Translations under genes and position numbers: made by a program | Notes under the pieces: model-generated | What the model was told of the DNA's origin: nothing | Databases searched by the model: none | What the model saw: the letters and a program-made list of their open reading frames with translations, nothing else | From: Macrostomum lignano | Lineage: Eukaryota | Direction: 5' to 3' | Length of the DNA stretch: 64,000 nt | Assembly (NCBI GenBank): GCA_002269645.1 | Contig: NIVC01000027.1 | Span: 868,001-932,000, forward strand | Part shown: positions 60,711 through 64,000 of the stretch, piece after piece | Position numbering within the stretch: the stretch's first letter is position 1 | How the letters are laid out: every line of letters starts with the position of its first letter

Positions 60711-62637
60711 ATGAAACTGAACGCTGAGCAGGCCGAGCTGCTGCTGCTGCTTCTGTACCAGCTGCTAACCAGTGAGTCTGAATGGAAATGATTCCAGCTT
60801 GATTAAAATAGGCTCGCTAATGTGGCACTGCGCTCACTACTTACTAACACCCATTTTAGTTGTGGCCACCTCCGCTAACAGCGCCATAACTGCTCGCACC
60901 TACGATCGGGTGACCAGCGACTCCATCAGCATCGGAAACTACGTGAGCAGCAAGCTTCTCAATGGGACTGGCCTGCACATGAACTCGCACTGCCTGATGA
61001 AGTGCTCGGAGATGTCTTCAAGGAAGTGGCAATGCTCGAATGCCAAATGCTCGTCATCAACACTGCGAGCGAGCCGGGCTTGAGCAACGGCAGCTTCGTT
61101 GCTAGGGAGTTTCGGCTTGAGCACGTTGTGAATATCTGGAAGGCTCGCAACTTTGAGCAGCAGGTGCTCAGAGGCACTGACAGCGGCCGTCTACTCGGTG
61201 AGTTTGCAAAAAAGAATAATGACAGACATCGAGCGTCTACTCGGTTAGTTCCTCACGAGTAACGAAATTTGATCACTTTGGACTCATTGCAAGCTACCAC
61301 GAGCCATAATGCGAGGAGCCAGAAACAATCAAATCCAGATGAGCTTCTTGTAGGAAGCAGAGACCGGAACATGGCTCTACAGCCACTATCACCAAACTGA
61401 AGTTGGTTCTCACAAAATAAGTCATGTAACCAATTTAAAGTTGATAGAATATATGCATAATGCATATTAATCTTTTGTGGCAAAAGATTTGCAGCAGATT
61501 TTTGAGTCATTTTATCACATAACAGAAAAAATTACTACGAATTTGAAGCTTAAAAACGAGTCCGCAATCGTCTCAGCGGACATACAGCTAAAGCTTTGAT
61601 AGTTTTTCATTGATAAATTTACCGCTTGAGATCAAAACCCTGATCCTTCATTTCACAGAGTACCTGGCTCCTAGAAACGTGACTCACAAGCGGGTCCACA
61701 TTCCCAACAACTCGTGAAGATCTTCGCCTCCTTCCTTCAGCACCAGCCGGCTGCCTCATCGCTCATTGGCTGCGTTGCCAAGTGCAGCGAGGTGCCGGCC
61801 TGTCGCGGGATTGTGTTCAACTCCAGCAACTGCTCTCTGCTCACCGACTACCCGCTGTGCCGCTAGTTCAAGCAGCCGCCGGGCAGCTCTGAGCTGGCCG
61901 TCTATGTGAGTGTTGAGAAAGCAATGCCTGATCGGTGCTGTCACTGTAGAAACTTTTCTTTGTTGCAAATTAAACTTCTAACCGCAGGAGTTCTATACTG
62001 TGGGCACTAAGCAGTGCTTTGAGACCGTCAACCTGCGAGTGTCGGACGCGCTGAGCTTCGACCGGCTCTGGGCCGAGTACAAGACGGGCTTCGGCACTTA
62101 TCACGGTAGGTGAGACAAAAATTTGTACTCAATAGTATAACTTCAAATTGTGTTCTGAAAGACTTGCCAACTGGGATGATTTCATAGGCCTGGAGTGGCT
62201 GCACAATCGCACCAGCGCTCAGCCCAACAACATCCGGTTTCGCAACCGAAACGACACCTACATCTACGCCTACAACGTAAACGTGCTCATTCTGGCCGAT
62301 AGCACAAACTACACGGTGTCTAACTTTACATTCGCTCCTGCTGAATGTCTTCAGCAGAACTTGTTTTTTGGCAATAACATCCAATCTCAGACTGGAGATC
62401 GTGGATGGAATACATGCGTCCATGGATCGAACTGTACCCAAGTGTACCAGCCTCAGTGGCTAAGCATGTTGCCTTGCCTCAGGTCCGTTCGACAAGTACT
62501 TCAACTACCTGACAGCGCTGAATGTTCCAGCTGCAGACCGAGCTAAGGGAATCGTTTGGGCTGGAAATGCTCCTAAGAACATCACAGACGGGTACTGTTA
62601 CATCTTCAAGCAGCTAGAGATTCTCATGCTGACCTGA
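60711..62637 (+). pseudogene. PAN-FReD copy E, pseudogene. Exons about 60711-60771, 60860-61197, 61659-61905, 61988-62105, 62188-62637
   Basis: 16-nt deletion in exon 2 (about 61017), 1-nt deletion in exon 3 (about 61714), TAG at 61864-61866, frameshift in the last exon near 62462. Confidence 0.85.
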
Positions 62638-64000
62638 GTGTTATTGTATATTGAGTTCCATGTTTGATCCCATGGTCCCTGTGATTGTAAATCTTATTGA
62701 GGAAGAATTTGCTGAAAGGTTGCCCACGTGTAAGTTTTATTGGCAATTTCCGCAGTGTCAGCAGTGATCCTGGCTTTTTACGAGTATATCCTATAATATT
62801 TTTACACTGCAACTGTACCTTTTTTATTTACGAGTAGAAGTCTTTAGTGCACTCAAACACCAGCCCATGCGCTGACAGCCTGCGACAGGAACTGAGGTTC
62901 TTGACCTTGAATCATGGAAACCAAATTGGGCTTCGGACACTCAACTTCATCGCGTTAACTTCTGGCGCAACCCACCTGCGACCCCCTTTCACCAGTCGAT
63001 CAGCGAACGTTGAACAGACCGCTTTTCATTTCCTGCTGCGGACATTGCTTTGCAAAGGTGTTCATGAAAAACTTTTTTTATTCCTTAGACATTTCAGATT
63101 GTCTTTTAAAATCATTTTACTAAATAATTCCTTTTTTGAATTCTGCTCCACCGAGCTGGCATCTCTCTAATTCTCTAATTTTTTTAGAAATAGTAAATAT
63201 TGACGCAACTGTTAACTTAAATGAATAATATTTTGTTTAATTTAACCAAATAAAATTATCTAATGAGAGCACACTACTACGTTAAAAGGACATCTGCTAC
63301 ACTTTCCACCAAGTTAAAAAGAAAAATGGTAGAAACGGTTCAATAAATTGCTTCTAATTAAACCACTTGTCAGAAGTTATTCTGCTCTGCTCTGGTTGTG
63401 CAATTAATGCCATTGAAGACCAACCAAAAGGCACAGTGAAGTGCACATGCCTAACGATAAATAAGTTAGGGCCGCTGTACACTTCTGTATGACTGCGTAC
63501 GTCTCCGCGCGCTTTTGTGCCTGCTCAGGGGAGTCGGCGGAATGGGCAGTAATGCCTCTCGCGGGTTGTGTGACAATGTCGCTTAAAGTGCGCCAGGGTG
63601 CATGTACAGAGCCCCCTGGAGCTAAGCAGATCTGAACGAATATATTCATCCAATTAATTAGTTAATCGAAATTTTACGAAGAGTGTCCAAAAATCAGTGA
63701 TACTTTTGATCGTAGCTCATCTAGCAAAACCGCAGGCCCATGCGTTTTATATCGCTAGAAAATGGCAAGTCTCTGCTTAAAATCACTTCAGTTTCAAATG
63801 CTTCACATTATTAGTTTTAATTTAGAGATACTGTTACTTCAGCAGAGCAAGATCAGTCATAGACTTAATCTAGTAGCTTTTATCTGATATACTGGCTCGT
63901 GTTTACTTTAGTTTAAAAAAGGAGTTTTGTAAGTGTAAAAATGTAATTTTATACAGAGTAATGTCATCAATTGAAAGTCTATTTTTGTTTCTGAATTCCA

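Overview
Eukaryotic, intron-rich metazoan DNA with GT-AG introns full of minisatellites. The repeat style resembles a free-living flatworm such as Macrostomum, but that is an unverified inference. Hand-spliced genes with consistent exon phases: (1) a 7-exon ankyrin-repeat + MAP3K-like kinase on the minus strand (4700-8913, 677 aa) with a degenerate DFG motif (GFG); (2) a divergent 13-exon OSM-9/Inactive-type TRPV channel (11941-24430, 1138 aa); (3) an LRR + coiled-coil protein (27746-29065, minus); (4) a tandem family of secreted proteins with two PAN/Apple-like modules plus a fibrinogen C-terminal domain. That family has two intact copies (A, C), two pseudogenes (B, E) and one orphan last-exon fragment (D), all inside a segmental duplication. 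Mobile DNA: a young full-length Ty3/Gypsy (Mag-like) element with 188-bp LTRs and a TCACT target-site duplication inside pseudogene B, a non-autonomous Mutator/foldback-like element with a 9-bp TSD between the divergent genes, and a Tc1/IS630-type HTH fragment. The most unusual signal is that several minisatellites are amplified splice sites. Kinase intron 1 is 25 copies of its own 3' acceptor, in frame and stop-free. TRPV intron 2 holds 24 copies of its own exon end plus 5' donor. All alignments were done by eye; no database search was run.
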